From Lama guanicoe (lineage: Eukaryota), in NCBI GenBank assembly GCA_013239625.1, contig MU053994.1, positions 4,507,434 to 4,571,433 on the forward strand: a DNA stretch of 64,000 bases. The letters are read 5' to 3'. Within the stretch, counting starts at the first letter, position 1. The number at the start of each line of letters is the position of its first letter. Below, in pieces: positions 1 to 12,124 of this stretch. Below the pieces are notes generated by a model that searched no databases, was not told the DNA's origin, and saw only the letters and a list, made by a program, of their open reading frames with translations. The position numbers were made by a program, and so were the translations under genes.

Positions 1-442
1 AAATGAATCTTGCCCTAAACACCACACCTTATGCAGTGATTAACCTAAAATGGATAATAGACTTAAATGTAAAACTATAAAATTTTAGAGAAAAAAGGAG
101 AAAATCTTTGGCATCTAGTACTAGACAAAGAATACTTTAGGCCTGATACCAAAGTATGATCTGTAAAAGGAAAAATTGATAAACTCAAAACTTTTGCTCT
201 GTGAAAGCATATAAAGAAGATGAAAATACAATCTATAGCTGGGAGAAAATACTTGCAAACCACATATATGCCAAAGGACTGTTATGTAGAATACAAAGAA
301 CTCCCAAAATTTGACAGTAAAAACACAAATAATCCAATTAGAAAATGTGTAAAAAGGCTTGAAGGGACATTTCACTATACTGGATATACAGATGACAAAA
401 AAAACATGAAAAGCAGGAAAATACAAATTAATACCAAAATGA
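1..442 (+). mobile_element. Old L1 (L1M-type) ORF2 3' fragment, left part
   Basis: Degenerate ORF2 sequence (cacaccttatgcagtgattaacctaaaatggataatagacttaaatgtaaaa; aagaactcccaaaatttgacagtaaaaacacaaataatccaatt). Resumes at 1397 after a younger L1 insertion. Confidence 0.85.
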
Positions 443-1383
443 TACATAAGCAGTTCTCCAGTGAAGAAATACAAATGGCCAATAGCCACATGAAAAAATG
501 CTCAATATCACTAATTATCAGAGAAATGCAAATCAAAACTACACTGAGGTATCATCTCACACCAGTCAGAATGGCCATCATTCAAAAGTCCACAAATGAT
601 AAATGTTGGAGAGAGTGTGGAGAAAAGGGAACCCTCCTACACTGTTCGTGGGAATGTAGTTTGGTGCAGCCATTATGAAAAACAGTATGGAGATTCTTTA
701 AAAGATTAAAAACAGACTTACCATATGATCCAGCAAGTCCACTCCTGGCCATATATCCAGAGGGAACCTTAATTCAAAAAGATATATGTACCCCAATGTT
801 CATAGCAGCACTATATTTACAATAGTCAATACATGGAAACAACCTAAATATCCATTGACAGATGACTGGATAAAGAGTTGTGGTATATTTATACAATGGA
901 GTACTACTCAGCCATAAAAAATAATAAAATAATGCCAGTTGCAGCAACATGGATGGCCCTGGAGAATGTCAGTCTAAGTGAAGTAAGCCAGAAAGAGAAA
1001 GAAAAATACCATATGGTATCACTTAGATGTGGAATAGAAAAAAAAAAGACAAACGGACTTACTCACAAAACAGAAACAGACTCACAGACATAGAAAACAA
1101 ACTTCTCATTACGGGGCAGAGGGAAAGGGGTGGGAAGGGATAAACTGGAAGTCTGAGATTTGCAGATAGTAACTACCATATATTAAATAGATAAACAACA
1201 AGTTTACACTGTATAGCACAGGGAGCTATATTCAATATCTTGTAGTAACTTATGGTGAAAAAGAATATGAAAATGAATATATGTATGTTCATGTGTGACT
1301 GAAGTATTATGCTGTACTCCAGAAATGGACACAACATTGTAAACTGACTATACTTCAGTATAAATATATATAGTGAAAAAATG
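443..1383 (+). mobile_element. Young 5'-truncated L1 (ORF2 C-terminus plus 3'UTR)
   Basis: ORF2 motifs [25 protein letters not shown] and MWYIYTMEYYSAIK, followed by a 3'UTR ending in an A-rich tail. 13-bp TSD aataccaaaatga at 430-442 and 1384-1396. Confidence 0.95.
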
Positions 1384-1396
1384 AATACCAAAATGA

Positions 1397-2230
1397 GATA
1401 TCACTACACTACCAGAATAACTAAAAAAAAAAAAATGTACCAAACACTGGTGAGGATGTGGAGATACTGGATCACCTGAATTGCTAGTGGAAATGTCAAA
1501 TGGTACAGGCATTCTGGAAAACAGTTTTGACAGTTTCTTATACAACTGAACATGCAACTACCACGTGATCCAGCAACTGTGCTCTTTGGCACTTATCCAA
1601 AATTATGGAAATTTGGCCGCACAGATACCCGTACATGAATAGTGCTTTCATTTTTCATAATCAGAGACTAGAATCAGCCCAGATGTCCTTCAATGAGTGA
1701 ATGATTAAACAAATTGTCATATATACACACTCAACAATAAAAAGGAATGAATCACTGATACACAAAACAACTTGGATGAATCTCTGGGAAATTACACTGT
1801 GTGTAAAAAGCCAATCCCACAAGGTCATATACTGTATGACTCAATTTCCATAACATTTTGAAATGATAAAATTTTAGAAATATAGAACAAATTCATGGTT
1901 GCCAGGGGTTAGGAGTGAGGAAGGGGGTCACAAAAAGAGAGGTGGGTGGAGTTATAAAAGGGCAATATGAGGGATCCTTGTGGTGATGGATACACAAACC
2001 TATGCAGGTGATAAAATTGTATCAAATGTAATACATATGCATACAAATTAGTATAAGTAAAACTTGATATATCTGAGTAAGACTGGTAGATTGTATCAAT
2101 GTCAGTATCTTGGTTGTGATATTATATTACACTTTTGCAAATTGTTACCAGTGGTAAAAATTGGATAAAGTGTACAGAGGATCTCTCCACATTATTTTTT
2201 TTTTACAACTGCATGCAAATTTGCAATTAT
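1397..2230 (+). mobile_element. Old L1 (L1MC/MD-like) ORF2 end and 3'UTR, right part
   Basis: Continues the host L1 (gatatcactacac...ggtgaggatgtggag...) through an old-type 3'UTR ending in aattatctcaataaaa. Confidence 0.8.
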
Positions 2231-2254
2231 CTCAATAAAACATTTTTTTAACTT

Positions 2255-2990
2255 GCAAAATATTGGAACACACACTCCACCAAAGATCATATAAGGATGG
2301 CAAATAAACACATGAAAAGATGTTTAACACCTTTATCCATTAGGTAAATGTCAATTAAAACCATGAGGAGACACCACTATATACAATTGCTTAAAAAAAT
2401 ACCAATAATACCAACTGCTGGCAAAGGTGTGGAACAACTGGAGACCTCATACATTGCTAGTGGGAAAATAAAATGGTACAGCTACTCTAGGAAATGGTTT
2501 GGCAGTTTCTTATAGTTAAACATACACTTAATCATATGATCCAGCTGTCTTACTCCTTGATATTTATCTCAGAGAAATAAAAACTTATGTTTATACAAAA
2601 ATTAGTTTATGAATGTATACGGTAGCTCTATTTGTAATTGCCACAAAATGGAAACAATATATGTTCTTTAAATGGTGAATGGATAAACAAACTGTAGTAT
2701 ATCTATGCAATGGAATACTATCCAGCAATGAAAAGGAATGAACTATACATGGAACAACATCAACGAATCCCAAAGGCGCTATGCTAAGTGAATAAAGCAA
2801 GTCTGTAAAGGTTACATACTGCATGATTCCAATTATGAGACATTCTGGAAAGAAAAACAGAGCAGTGGATGCCAGAAACTGGGACAGGAAAGAGAGTGTG
2901 ACTATAAAGGGATAGCATGAGGTCACTTTTAGGGGGTGATGTGTCCTGATTGTGGTGGTGGACACATGTATCTATGAGAAATGTACGCTA
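2255..2990 (+). mobile_element. Second old L1 3' fragment
   Basis: ggcaaataaacacatgaaaagatg ... caatggaatactatccagcaatgaaaaggaatgaacta, typical of L1M ORF2 end and 3'UTR. Confidence 0.8.
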
Positions 2991-5900
2991 AAAGGGTGGG
3001 GGGCAGTCAAAATAAATTGATATGGAACACTTGATAATCAATAGCCTTTTCGAGCAATTTGTACACAACCCTTTAGACGACTCAGAGTAGTGACTGAGAG
3101 ACTTGAAGACTTAGTGACTAGCTATGTGTATATTTTGTCTTGATCCCAAATCTCTGTTCTGCCTGTCCAACTGCTTGAGAACAGGGAAATTGGAGATGAG
3201 GTTTCAGTTGCCTTTTCAAGGTTCTGATTCCTTTCTTCACACATGACATAGATACAAAATTATAGGATATTCCTTTTACATAGTGCAAGCCCCATTTTTC
3301 ATGACTTTTTCTTTTTATCTGAAAATTGTATGCTTCCACTGAATGCTTCTTAGTTTCCCTCTCATACAAGTTTGCCTTCTTTGAATGGAATTTTATCCCC
3401 CTTGAATTTCACAGAATGTTTGTAACTAAAGAAGCCTTAGGAAAATCTTATGGTTACAAGCAGTGACTTAAAGTTGTATTTTAAGGTAGCCAAAATAATT
3501 TTTTTAAATAGCTCTTTTTCCTAAAGAGTTTGAATCCATAAACAAAATGAGATTTTTTTGGCCTACAATTTAGATTAATTTCATTAAAATACCAGTGTGG
3601 TTTTTTTCTTCCCTATTTTTAAACCATTTGCCTGTTATAGGTGGTTTGATGTTATATATTCATTTTGAAATAAATTCGCACAGCAGGAATTGCCAAGGAT
3701 TTGCAAAAATTACCAAGTGCATACAATCTGTTGAAAACAACGTCAGAATTTAAGTATTCTCTTTCCCGTTGGTCTTCTACCTACTTCAACTTTTAAATAG
3801 GAGTATCTTTGGAATAGTTTCCACCCTCATAATTTAGAAGCCCTGCTCTGTGTGTACCTGCCACTCATTGGACCCTAAGGAACACTTTATTGAGCTAAGG
3901 AAGTAGAGTGGTTATTGTCATTGTCATTTTCAGTTAAAAGTTCCATTTAACCTCATCATATCACTGCCAAGTGTCATCACTGCTTTTAAAACCCCAAGTA
4001 CTCAATAAAGCCTTCATGGATTAATTGCCTGAGTAAACAAGTTTCCCCATTATCATGCCCAAACATAAAATGTACCTCAACTTTTCACACACTAATTTCC
4101 ATATAAATTCAGGAACCATTTCTATGTAATGGAAACACCTGAACATTATGCGTATTCATTCAGATGAATGTTTATTATTCAATTATCACTGTGTCATAAA
4201 TGTATTCAATCTATTATGGTGGTGCATAGAAGGAAATTAACCATATTCCAGAGAAAGTTATGATCTGCCTCTGTCTGCCAAGCTTGGCTCCATTCATAAA
4301 TTGATGCTTAAATGCTTTCAATGGCTGTTGATAAGGATGACTGTATATAACAGAAAAGGCAAATAGGGTTTATTCACCTTTTATGGCTGTGACAAGAAAT
4401 ACAGAGAAAATAAGAAATTATATCTCTAATAATACAGTGAACCATCATCAGATCTGAATATAATGACAATATCCAAATTTCCAGTCTTTGAGACATTTAA
4501 GATTTTGATAGAATAAAGTATCTTCATATGCTTTGATTATCCCAACATCACAGTAGTTTCAGGACAGTAGTTGGTTTTAGGGAAGGGGGAACACCAGGAA
4601 ATAAGGGTCTTTGAAAAAAGGTTTGCATGATTTCTGAATGTAATCTTACCTTCCCAGAAGGAAATATAAAAAGCTATGAGGAATCAATTGCAATAGATCT
4701 TGATCAAACTTGGCATTTACTTCAAAACATATTCTGTCCACAAACATGAACACCTAACTTATGTGTTGAATGGACACAGTGGAAAACATGCTAATGAAAG
4801 ATGTTTTCAAAACAAAAAGCAAGTGAGGGGATGAAAACAAATCAAACATAATTTAAAGCCTTGTGGCCATAATGTGAACTGAAGTTTTTCTGACCCTTGG
4901 AGATAAGTTCTTCATTTGAAAGCAAGTGTCAGACTCTGCATCCTGGAAATTTGCAGAACAAGGGGCAGATGGATTTCATAATTTTATCACATTTACTACA
5001 AAACATTTGCAAATGTTGGCCGTTACCTTTTCATTTGATTTTCCTCTGAACTCCCCTTACCTCAGTAAACACAGATTATATAACAGTGTATACTTTTCTC
5101 AGCTGTCCCTCAAGCTTTAGAGAGTAGCCATGCATCCACACATTACTCATTGTGCTTCAGAATCTCACAATCCAGGAAAGCAAATTTCTCTTTATTCTCC
5201 ACAACTAATTTAAGGCTTAGAGCACAGAAAATCCTCTAGGCTGCTACCATTTCTGAAAAGACAACTAAGGCAGTGATCACCTGGTAGGCATGTTTAAACA
5301 AATTACTTTGCTTTGCTTTTTGTTTTCTCAAGATTATCATATATTTAAGAAGGAAGATTGACTGATGGAAATGATGGAGATGGGCTCTTTATTCATTCAA
5401 TAAAAGGATCTCCAAAGGGTTCAGTCCTTAACTTGGAGTTGAGAAATGTTAAATCAAACAGATCTTTCAATCAGGCTTTAACAGTGGTTACTAGAAATGT
5501 GATTTTTGGTGGATTTTCTACAATGCCAGATATTGATTCATAAGTTTTTAAACAAACTTCTCAAGCCGTAGAGGGCTCATAGTTTCTGCCTAAGAATTTG
5601 CCATAAGTTACTGTATCTTATTCTAGTTTATTTCACATAAGAATATGGAAATCAACACATGCTCTAAATATGCATAAGAAGCAGAAGTGAGGAAGTGACA
5701 AAAGAAAACCTTCAGCTCCAGGTGAACTCAGGTAGGCAAAAGAAACATGGGACAGGGTATCAACAGTGTCTGCTCCATGCTTAGTTCTCTATCCGGAGGG
5801 TGCTTGTAGAAGTTAACTAACAATGAGAGGGAGTAATGTAAATATATATCTCAAATCATTAAACCTGACCTATAAAGAAGTTGGCTATTAATAGATGAGC

Positions 5901-6258
5901 CCTGGTCTTATTACAAAGCATTAATATTTAAAGAAGTTGCTAGGAGATTTATGACCAGTATTTTATCCTTACCAAGGAAGTTCCATTGGGATCAGGATTT
6001 GTGCTTAGCACTATATCCAGGTTGACTGTGCAGCTCTGACTGTCCTTCCAACTGCCTTCCCTTCCTTGATGACCAATGATACTACTTAGTGTGAGGAAGA
6101 TACTAATTGGTTCTTGTAAGATTGCTTCCTCGAGGTGGAACTTTTCTACTATTGCATTTAATATAGGTGTGATCTTGGGAAAATGGTCACATACATTACT
6201 CAATACTACTTAGAGACTCATTAAAAAAAAGCTATTCGTATCTGAAAAATTTTTTTCT

Positions 6259-7017
6259 TGATACCAAACATGTGGTGTCTTTTACAATACCAGTTCTCTG
6301 ATTCTCCGACACCAACTGGGTATCCAACAATTCAATCCAATCCTGACACTAACTGTCCAGAGTTAGCACAGACCCCAGAATGTAAGGGCTCAGTCCCACA
6401 AGACTGCCCCCACTTCAAATGCCAATTACAGGTCCCAGGTTGCCACCCATACTGCTGACTGACTGGCTATAAATTTGGTAGCCAGATTCAGGTTTGATAA
6501 TTTGTCAGAAGGACTCACTGAGCTCAGGAAAGTGCCTTATTTACTATTACCAGTTTATTATGAAGGATACGACACAGAACAGCCAAATGGAAGAGCTGTA
6601 TAGGGCAAGGTATGGGGAGATGAAGGGTGTGAGGTTCTATGCCCTCTCTGGGGGAGCCACCATCCCAGCACATCAATGTGTTCACCAACAAGGAAACTCC
6701 CTGGACCCTGTCTCTTGGGATGGTTATGCTGATGCACTACATAGGCATGATTGATTAAATCACTCGCCATTGGTGATTGAACCCAATCTCGTGGCCCTCT
6801 CCCTTACCCAGAAGTGGGAGGTGAGGGGCTCTAACCCTCTAATCATGTCTTGGTCTTCCTGGTGACCAGCCCTCTGAAGCTGTCTAGGGTCCCCCAGCCA
6901 CCAGACATCTCATTAGCATACAGAAGACACTCATCACTCAGGTGATTCCTAGGGTTTTAGAAACTTTGTGCTGGGAAACAGGGACAAAAACCAAATATTT
7001 ATTTTGTATTATACCAT
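6259..7017 (-). mobile_element. MER21-like solo LTR
   Basis: Reverse complement starts ggtataatacaaaataaatttggtttttgtccctgtttcccagcacaaag...atgctaatgag, resembling the recalled MER21 consensus. Homologous to 10340-11202. Confidence 0.75.
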
Positions 7018-7225
7018 GATACCTTAATACGAGGTAAAATGTTGAGGCCCCAGGAGTAACTGAAATTTCCCCCTCCCCTTGTGGACGGGGCAACCTATGA
7101 AACTGAGGATGTTGTCCTTTTTACTTTGGCCCTTAAGAACCTTGGAGCCAAATTTGTAGATCAAATAGATTTATATTCCAAATCTTCATCTTCTCCATAA
7201 ATTTAATTTTTAAAAAACTCACTGA

Positions 7226-7330
7226 TGTTAGAGCTCAGTGGTAGAGTGTGCTTAGCGTGCACGAGGTCCTGGGCTCAATCCCCAGCAATTCCATTAAATA
7301 AATAAAAAAACCTAATTACCTGCCCCCCTG
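7226..7330 (+). mobile_element. tRNA-derived SINE, Vic-1 type (camelid)
   Basis: A-box gagctcagtggtagag, B-box-like gggctcaatccc, and tail aaataaaaaaacctaattacctgcccccc. 14-bp TSD aaaaaa(c/t)tcactga at 7212-7225 and 7331-7344. Confidence 0.85.
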
Positions 7331-8199
7331 AAAAAATTCACTGAGCAACCACAAATAGAGCCTTTTGATAATAGATTTACACGGTGAGAGTTGTAGAGAA
7401 TTAATTTACTGTGCCCCTAACACTCAACATAGTCTTTCCCACCTAAAAGCAATCAAACTTAACATTTATATGTATTTCTCCAGTCCTTTTTTATGTATTT
7501 ATATAGAATGATCTGCAGATATTTACATTTCTTTGTGAATATAAATATGATCATGCCATTAGTGCTCACATACACACGTGTGCCTATGGTGCCTATATTT
7601 CTGTATCTTGAACTTGTATATCTAAAGACTTTTTTTAAGATACTATCCCATACAGAACTTTCTCAATCTTTCCATTTTTATATAGTATACCAAAGTAAGA
7701 AACCATCTCTTTATTGATGGGCATTTAGGTTGTTTCTAATTATTTACTAATACAAATAATTTTGTCATTCCACATGAGGCAGGCAAGAAGTTGAATACTT
7801 GAAGTGGTTATTTGACATGACTGCTCAGAACTTTCTGAGCACCTTTAAAATGTCTAGAGAATTTCAGCGTCATATCTATACATTAGAACCCAGGCATCTC
7901 ACCTCCACGGGTTCCTTCTAGCTAGGGTGCAATCATGCAACTTAGACACACCTGTGCTAAAATTTGATCGATCGTAGTGAGCAGTCTCCATGCTTAATCC
8001 ACTATCAAGGTGGGGATCATAGCAGAAGCACCTGAGTTTCAAGGGAAATAGTAACAGGAAAACTGAGTTCTTGGTGCAGAAGTTCCTTTGGCGCTGTCGG
8101 AAGTAGCTAGTTCAGTCAAGTCTAATAGATAGTAGTCAAGCTGCAGCATCCAGGGTTTGGTAGCAGCAGAAAGAGAAGTCTTATGATTAAAAAAATTCC

Positions 8200-9450
8200 C
8201 CTATTTCAATGTTCATTTCCTCCTTATCCATTTTTACTTTGTATATTTGGGATTTTTCCTCTTCTTTTTTCTTAATTAGGTTAGCTAGTGGTTTGTCTTG
8301 TTTTGTTGACTCTTGCAGAATAGCAATTTGATTTATTTATTATTTCTACTGTTTTTGTGTTTTCTTCTTCACTCATACCTCCTTTTATCTTCATTGATTC
8401 CTTCAGCCTGCTTTCTTTTGAATTATGATGCTGTTGGTTTTATAGATTTGAGTTCATTTACATGCATTCTTTTATTTTTATTGCTCAGTATTTAAGGCTA
8501 TAATTTTTTAAGTGATCATCAATTGGCCTCCTAGGTATTTTATGTTTTATTATTACTACATTTGAGAAATAGTACAGGTTTTATTTATAATTCTCCTTTT
8601 ACAAAAGAGTGCTTTATAGAGTTAAAATTCTCATATGAAAGGGCTTTTTTGTTATCTGATTTTGTTTTGTGCTGTGAAAATGTTGATGTTATTTCTACTT
8701 TATGAAACATACTGAGAGTTTTGGTGACAATATTTATGGTTTATTTTTATGAATTTTCATGCGTGATTGAAAAAGAGCCATATTCTCTAACATTTTAATG
8801 GAAAGTTCAAAGTAAGTCTACATGACCTACCTTACTGATGTTTTCTGAATATTCTACACCATTACTGAATTTTTGTCCACTTTTCTTGGGTTGAAATTGG
8901 TGTGTTAAATTTGTCTGTTATTATTGTGTCTCTCTCTGTCTATTTCTCCCTGCACACTTTGGTATCAGGATTGCAACCCCTGCTTTCCTAGTTTGTTTGT
9001 GGGTTTTTTTTTGCCATACTTTCACATTAGTTTAGTTTTAATCTTTAGGAATATTTTTTTGAGCCAACATGAAAATTCTTTTCTTTAAAAAGGTAACAAG
9101 CTCATTCCCATGTATTAATATGACTAATATATATGATCTCAGTTCTGTTCATTAATATTTTCTGTGATATTATCCTAAATTTACCATGTTTCTCCTTGTA
9201 GTCTGCTTCCTTTTATTATTTTTTAAATTCTTTTGATATTTAGAAAATTTGTTTTTTTTTCTATTGGTTTTCATTATACCATTTCCTTTAATATTGCTGT
9301 CAGTCCCATTTTTCCTTACTTAGGCTTCTACTATTTATTTTGTCAGGTTTGAATGCTGTCCATTGACTACTGCTTATTACACATATGTAGTAAGTAAGTT
9401 TATCCTCTTTTACCGTTTCTCTCTTGCTTCTTTACTCATTTTATGTTATT
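8200..9450 (-). mobile_element. Ancient L1 (L1ME-like) fragments
   Basis: T-rich antisense L1-like sequence (ttcttaattaggttagctagtggtttgtc; gattgcaacccctgctttc). Confidence 0.6.
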
Positions 9451-9554
9451 CTTATTTTGTCCAAATATGGGGTGGGTGAATTTGGACTTGCAAGAGGGAA
9501 ATAAGAATCTAGACTATAAAATACTTCCCAGATGTCCCCACTAGAGTGGTTCAA

Positions 9555-9890
9555 AGTTTGAAGGACTTGCAATACCAAGTTTGGTGAGAATGCAGAGTAA
9601 CAGGAAATCTCATGCATTGCTGGTGGGAGTGTAAAATTATACAATCACTTTGAAAGCTGTTGGGAAGCTTCTACTAAAGCTAAAAACACTCTATACCTGT
9701 TAAGTACATAGTCTACAACTGAGTACACACCCAAGAGAAATGAGTGCTTATGTCCACCAAAAAAAATGCTCGAGAAAGTTCCATTCATAACAGGTAAACA
9801 CTGGAAAGAACCCAAATGTCAATCGAGTAGAACTGATAAATTGTTAATTGTATATTCATATAATAACTACTACACAGCAATGGAAGATAA
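9555..9890 (+). mobile_element. Ancient L1 ORF2 3' fragment
   Basis: aataccaagtttggtgagaatgcagagtaacaggaaatctcatgcattgctggtgggagtgtaaaat. Confidence 0.75.
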
Positions 9891-9954
9891 GAAGGAAGTA
9901 AGATTAGGCAGCTGGCAATGTTAGGCTCTGATGTAGTGATAAGAAAGAACTCAG

Positions 9955-10230
9955 CCAAATTAATAGGGAGCTCAGAAACTAGAACGGCCCTATGGACTTG
10001 TTCCCAATTGAGGTGAGGGGACTGGGCCTTTATAAACTCAAATGAATGAGCCATTGGATGCAGGCTTTCCCCAGGAGGGAGGTGTAATCTTGGGTGAGGC
10101 ATTGCTCTTCAGCCAATGGCAATTCTGGAGAAGAAAGTTGACACCTGGGGGCAGCAGGACTCACCAGAAGCTGGGGGATAAGTACTGCAGTCCTGAAGGG
10201 GACATCTGGGCAATGCGTCACACCATCCAT
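9955..10230 (-). mobile_element. LTR33-like ERVL LTR fragment
   Basis: gggagctcagaaactagaacggccc...ccattggatgcaggctttccccaggagggaggtgtaatcttggg. Shares motifs with copies at 11.9, 22.7, 47.8 and 63.4 kb. Confidence 0.65.
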
Positions 10231-10339
10231 AACAGTCCTTTTCCTAAAGTCATTACTGTCCAGGTAGGGGTGGTGGTGGTGACATAGACTCATAAATGGA
10301 TAATAAATCTATTGCTGTGCAGTCTGATCTGGCCAATGC

Positions 10340-11202
10340 CTACTGAGCTGTTTTCCTCACAACTCTTCTGAAACCCAGTATGTGGAGGTTTTCCACATCA
10401 AAAATCAGTTCTCCAGCTTTGGACACAAATTGGGTATCCTCCAATTCAATTTCAATTCTGACACCAATTACTCAGTGTCAGACTTCACAGGTTTAAGGGC
10501 ACAGTTCCACATGGCTGCCCTCACTTTAGTTGCCAGTCACATGTATTGGGTTCCAAGGGTAACAACACTTCTGTCTGACTTGGCTACAAGGTCAGAGGTT
10601 TCCACAACCACCCCCTTCAGGGTTTGATAGTTTGCTAGAATGGCTCACAGGACTCAGAAGACTACTTACTATCACCAGTTTATTATAAAGGATGCAAATG
10701 AATAGCTAGATGACAAGATACATAAGGCAAGGTCTAGAAGGGTCCCAAGCACAGGAGCTTCTGTTCCCATGGGGTTGGGATGCACCATCTTCCTAGCTCG
10801 TGGATGTCTTCACCAACTCTGAAGCTCTTCAAACACCGCCACTTAGGGGTTTTTATGTAGGCTCAACTTTATAGACATAAGTGATTAAATCATTGGCTGT
10901 TGGTGATCAACTCAGTCTCCAACCTCTGTTCTCTCCTCAGAGGCCCAGGGGGTGGGGCTGAAAGTTACAACCTTCTAATCAAGTGGTTGGTTCCCTTGGC
11001 AACCAGCACCCAGTCTTGAAGCTATCTAGGTGCCCACCAAGAGTAACTTCACTAGCATAAGCTTGGGTATGATTGAAAGGGGCCTTCATAAAGAACAGAA
11101 GACATTTAAATCACTCCTATCACTCAGAAAATTAAAATGTTACACAGCACTGTGTCAGGAATTGGAAACAAAGGCCAACTGTGTATTTTTTATAATGCCA
11201 CA
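10340..11202 (-). mobile_element. MER21-like solo LTR (second copy)
   Basis: Reverse complement starts tgtggcattataaaaaatacacagttggcctttgtttcc. Colinear with 6259-7017 (caattcaa...ctgacac; cagtttatta; tgattaaatca). Confidence 0.75.
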
Positions 11203-11479
11203 CCTAGCTCTAAGCCTTTGAACTTCTTCACTACACGTCTTCACTACACTTTGAACTTTCTGTTCCTGTAATAAGCTGGACTTTCTGTTCCTGTAATAAG
11301 CCAAGATCTTTCCCCACTCAGAGCCTCTAACTTGCTTCTCCATTTGTCTATAATTAGGGCATTCTGGCTTTTCAGAATTGTTTCTACCTCATCATTCAGT
11401 TTGAATAATGAGAAGGTGATCAAATGTCACCTTCTCAACAAGGTCTTCCCTAGCTACCCACCTCCCTACCGTATAACAA

Positions 11480-11750
11480 CAATGATGATAACTGCTAACA
11501 TTTTCTGGGAACTATGAGCCAAGCATTCTCAGATCACCAGAAGCAAACCAAATTAACAAATTTAAGTCCTTATGACAACTGTGTAGTTACTATTATTCTA
11601 ATTTTACAGATGAGGAGACTCTACAAAATAAGTCACAAAGGTTTTAATTTGCCTTATGTCTTAGCAAGTAATGGCAGTGCCAGGACTGGACCTCAAGCAG
11701 TCAAGTCTCCAGAGTCCTTGCCCTTAACCATGACATTATGCTGCCCCTCC
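11480..11750. mobile_element. MIR SINE
   Basis: Core-like tattattctaattttacagatgaggagact. Confidence 0.7.
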
Positions 11751-11894
11751 TAGTCACTAACATATCATCTTTTAAAATTTTTTCATTAATAGCATTGATC
11801 CCTCATTAATTATATTGTTTCTATATTTATATACTTACTTCTGAATTCTCCAACTATAGAGTAAAATCCATGTTTTGCCTGTCTTGTTCATTGC

Positions 11895-12115
11895 CCAATG
11901 TCATGCCCCATTTCTGGAGAAGTGGCCAAATCCAGTGACTAGTCATTGTGGAGGAACTGAGGTGCAGCCCCCTGGCCCCTATTCAGGACAACTCTGAAGG
12001 GCCATTCCAGCTCCACAGCTTCCTCTGGGGTCAGCTGAGGCATCTGTTCTGACTGCATCACAGTTCAACCTCTCCCTCTCAAACCTGCTTCTTCAGTGCC
12101 CAACTAATGTTGAGG
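11895..12115 (+). mobile_element. LTR33-like LTR fragment
   Basis: caggacaactctgaagggccattccagctccacagcttcctctggggtcagctgaggc...gactgcatcacagttcaacctctccctct. Confidence 0.75.
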
Positions 12116-12124
12116 CTTATTCTG

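Noticed and set aside
220..1093. ORFs of 152 and 71 aa as host genes
   Set aside because: They are L1 ORF2 C-terminal fragments broken by stops and frameshifts.
7226..7290. tRNA gene
   Set aside because: No complete acceptor stem. It has a SINE tail and a TSD.
6259..11202. Two same-orientation MER21-like LTRs as the ends of one provirus
   Set aside because: The copies are clearly diverged from each other, and the interval holds a SINE, L1 fragments and an unrelated LTR rather than gag/pol sequence.
11216..11301. CRISPR-like direct repeats
   Set aside because: Only two copies per unit, no spacers, no cas genes, and a mammalian context.
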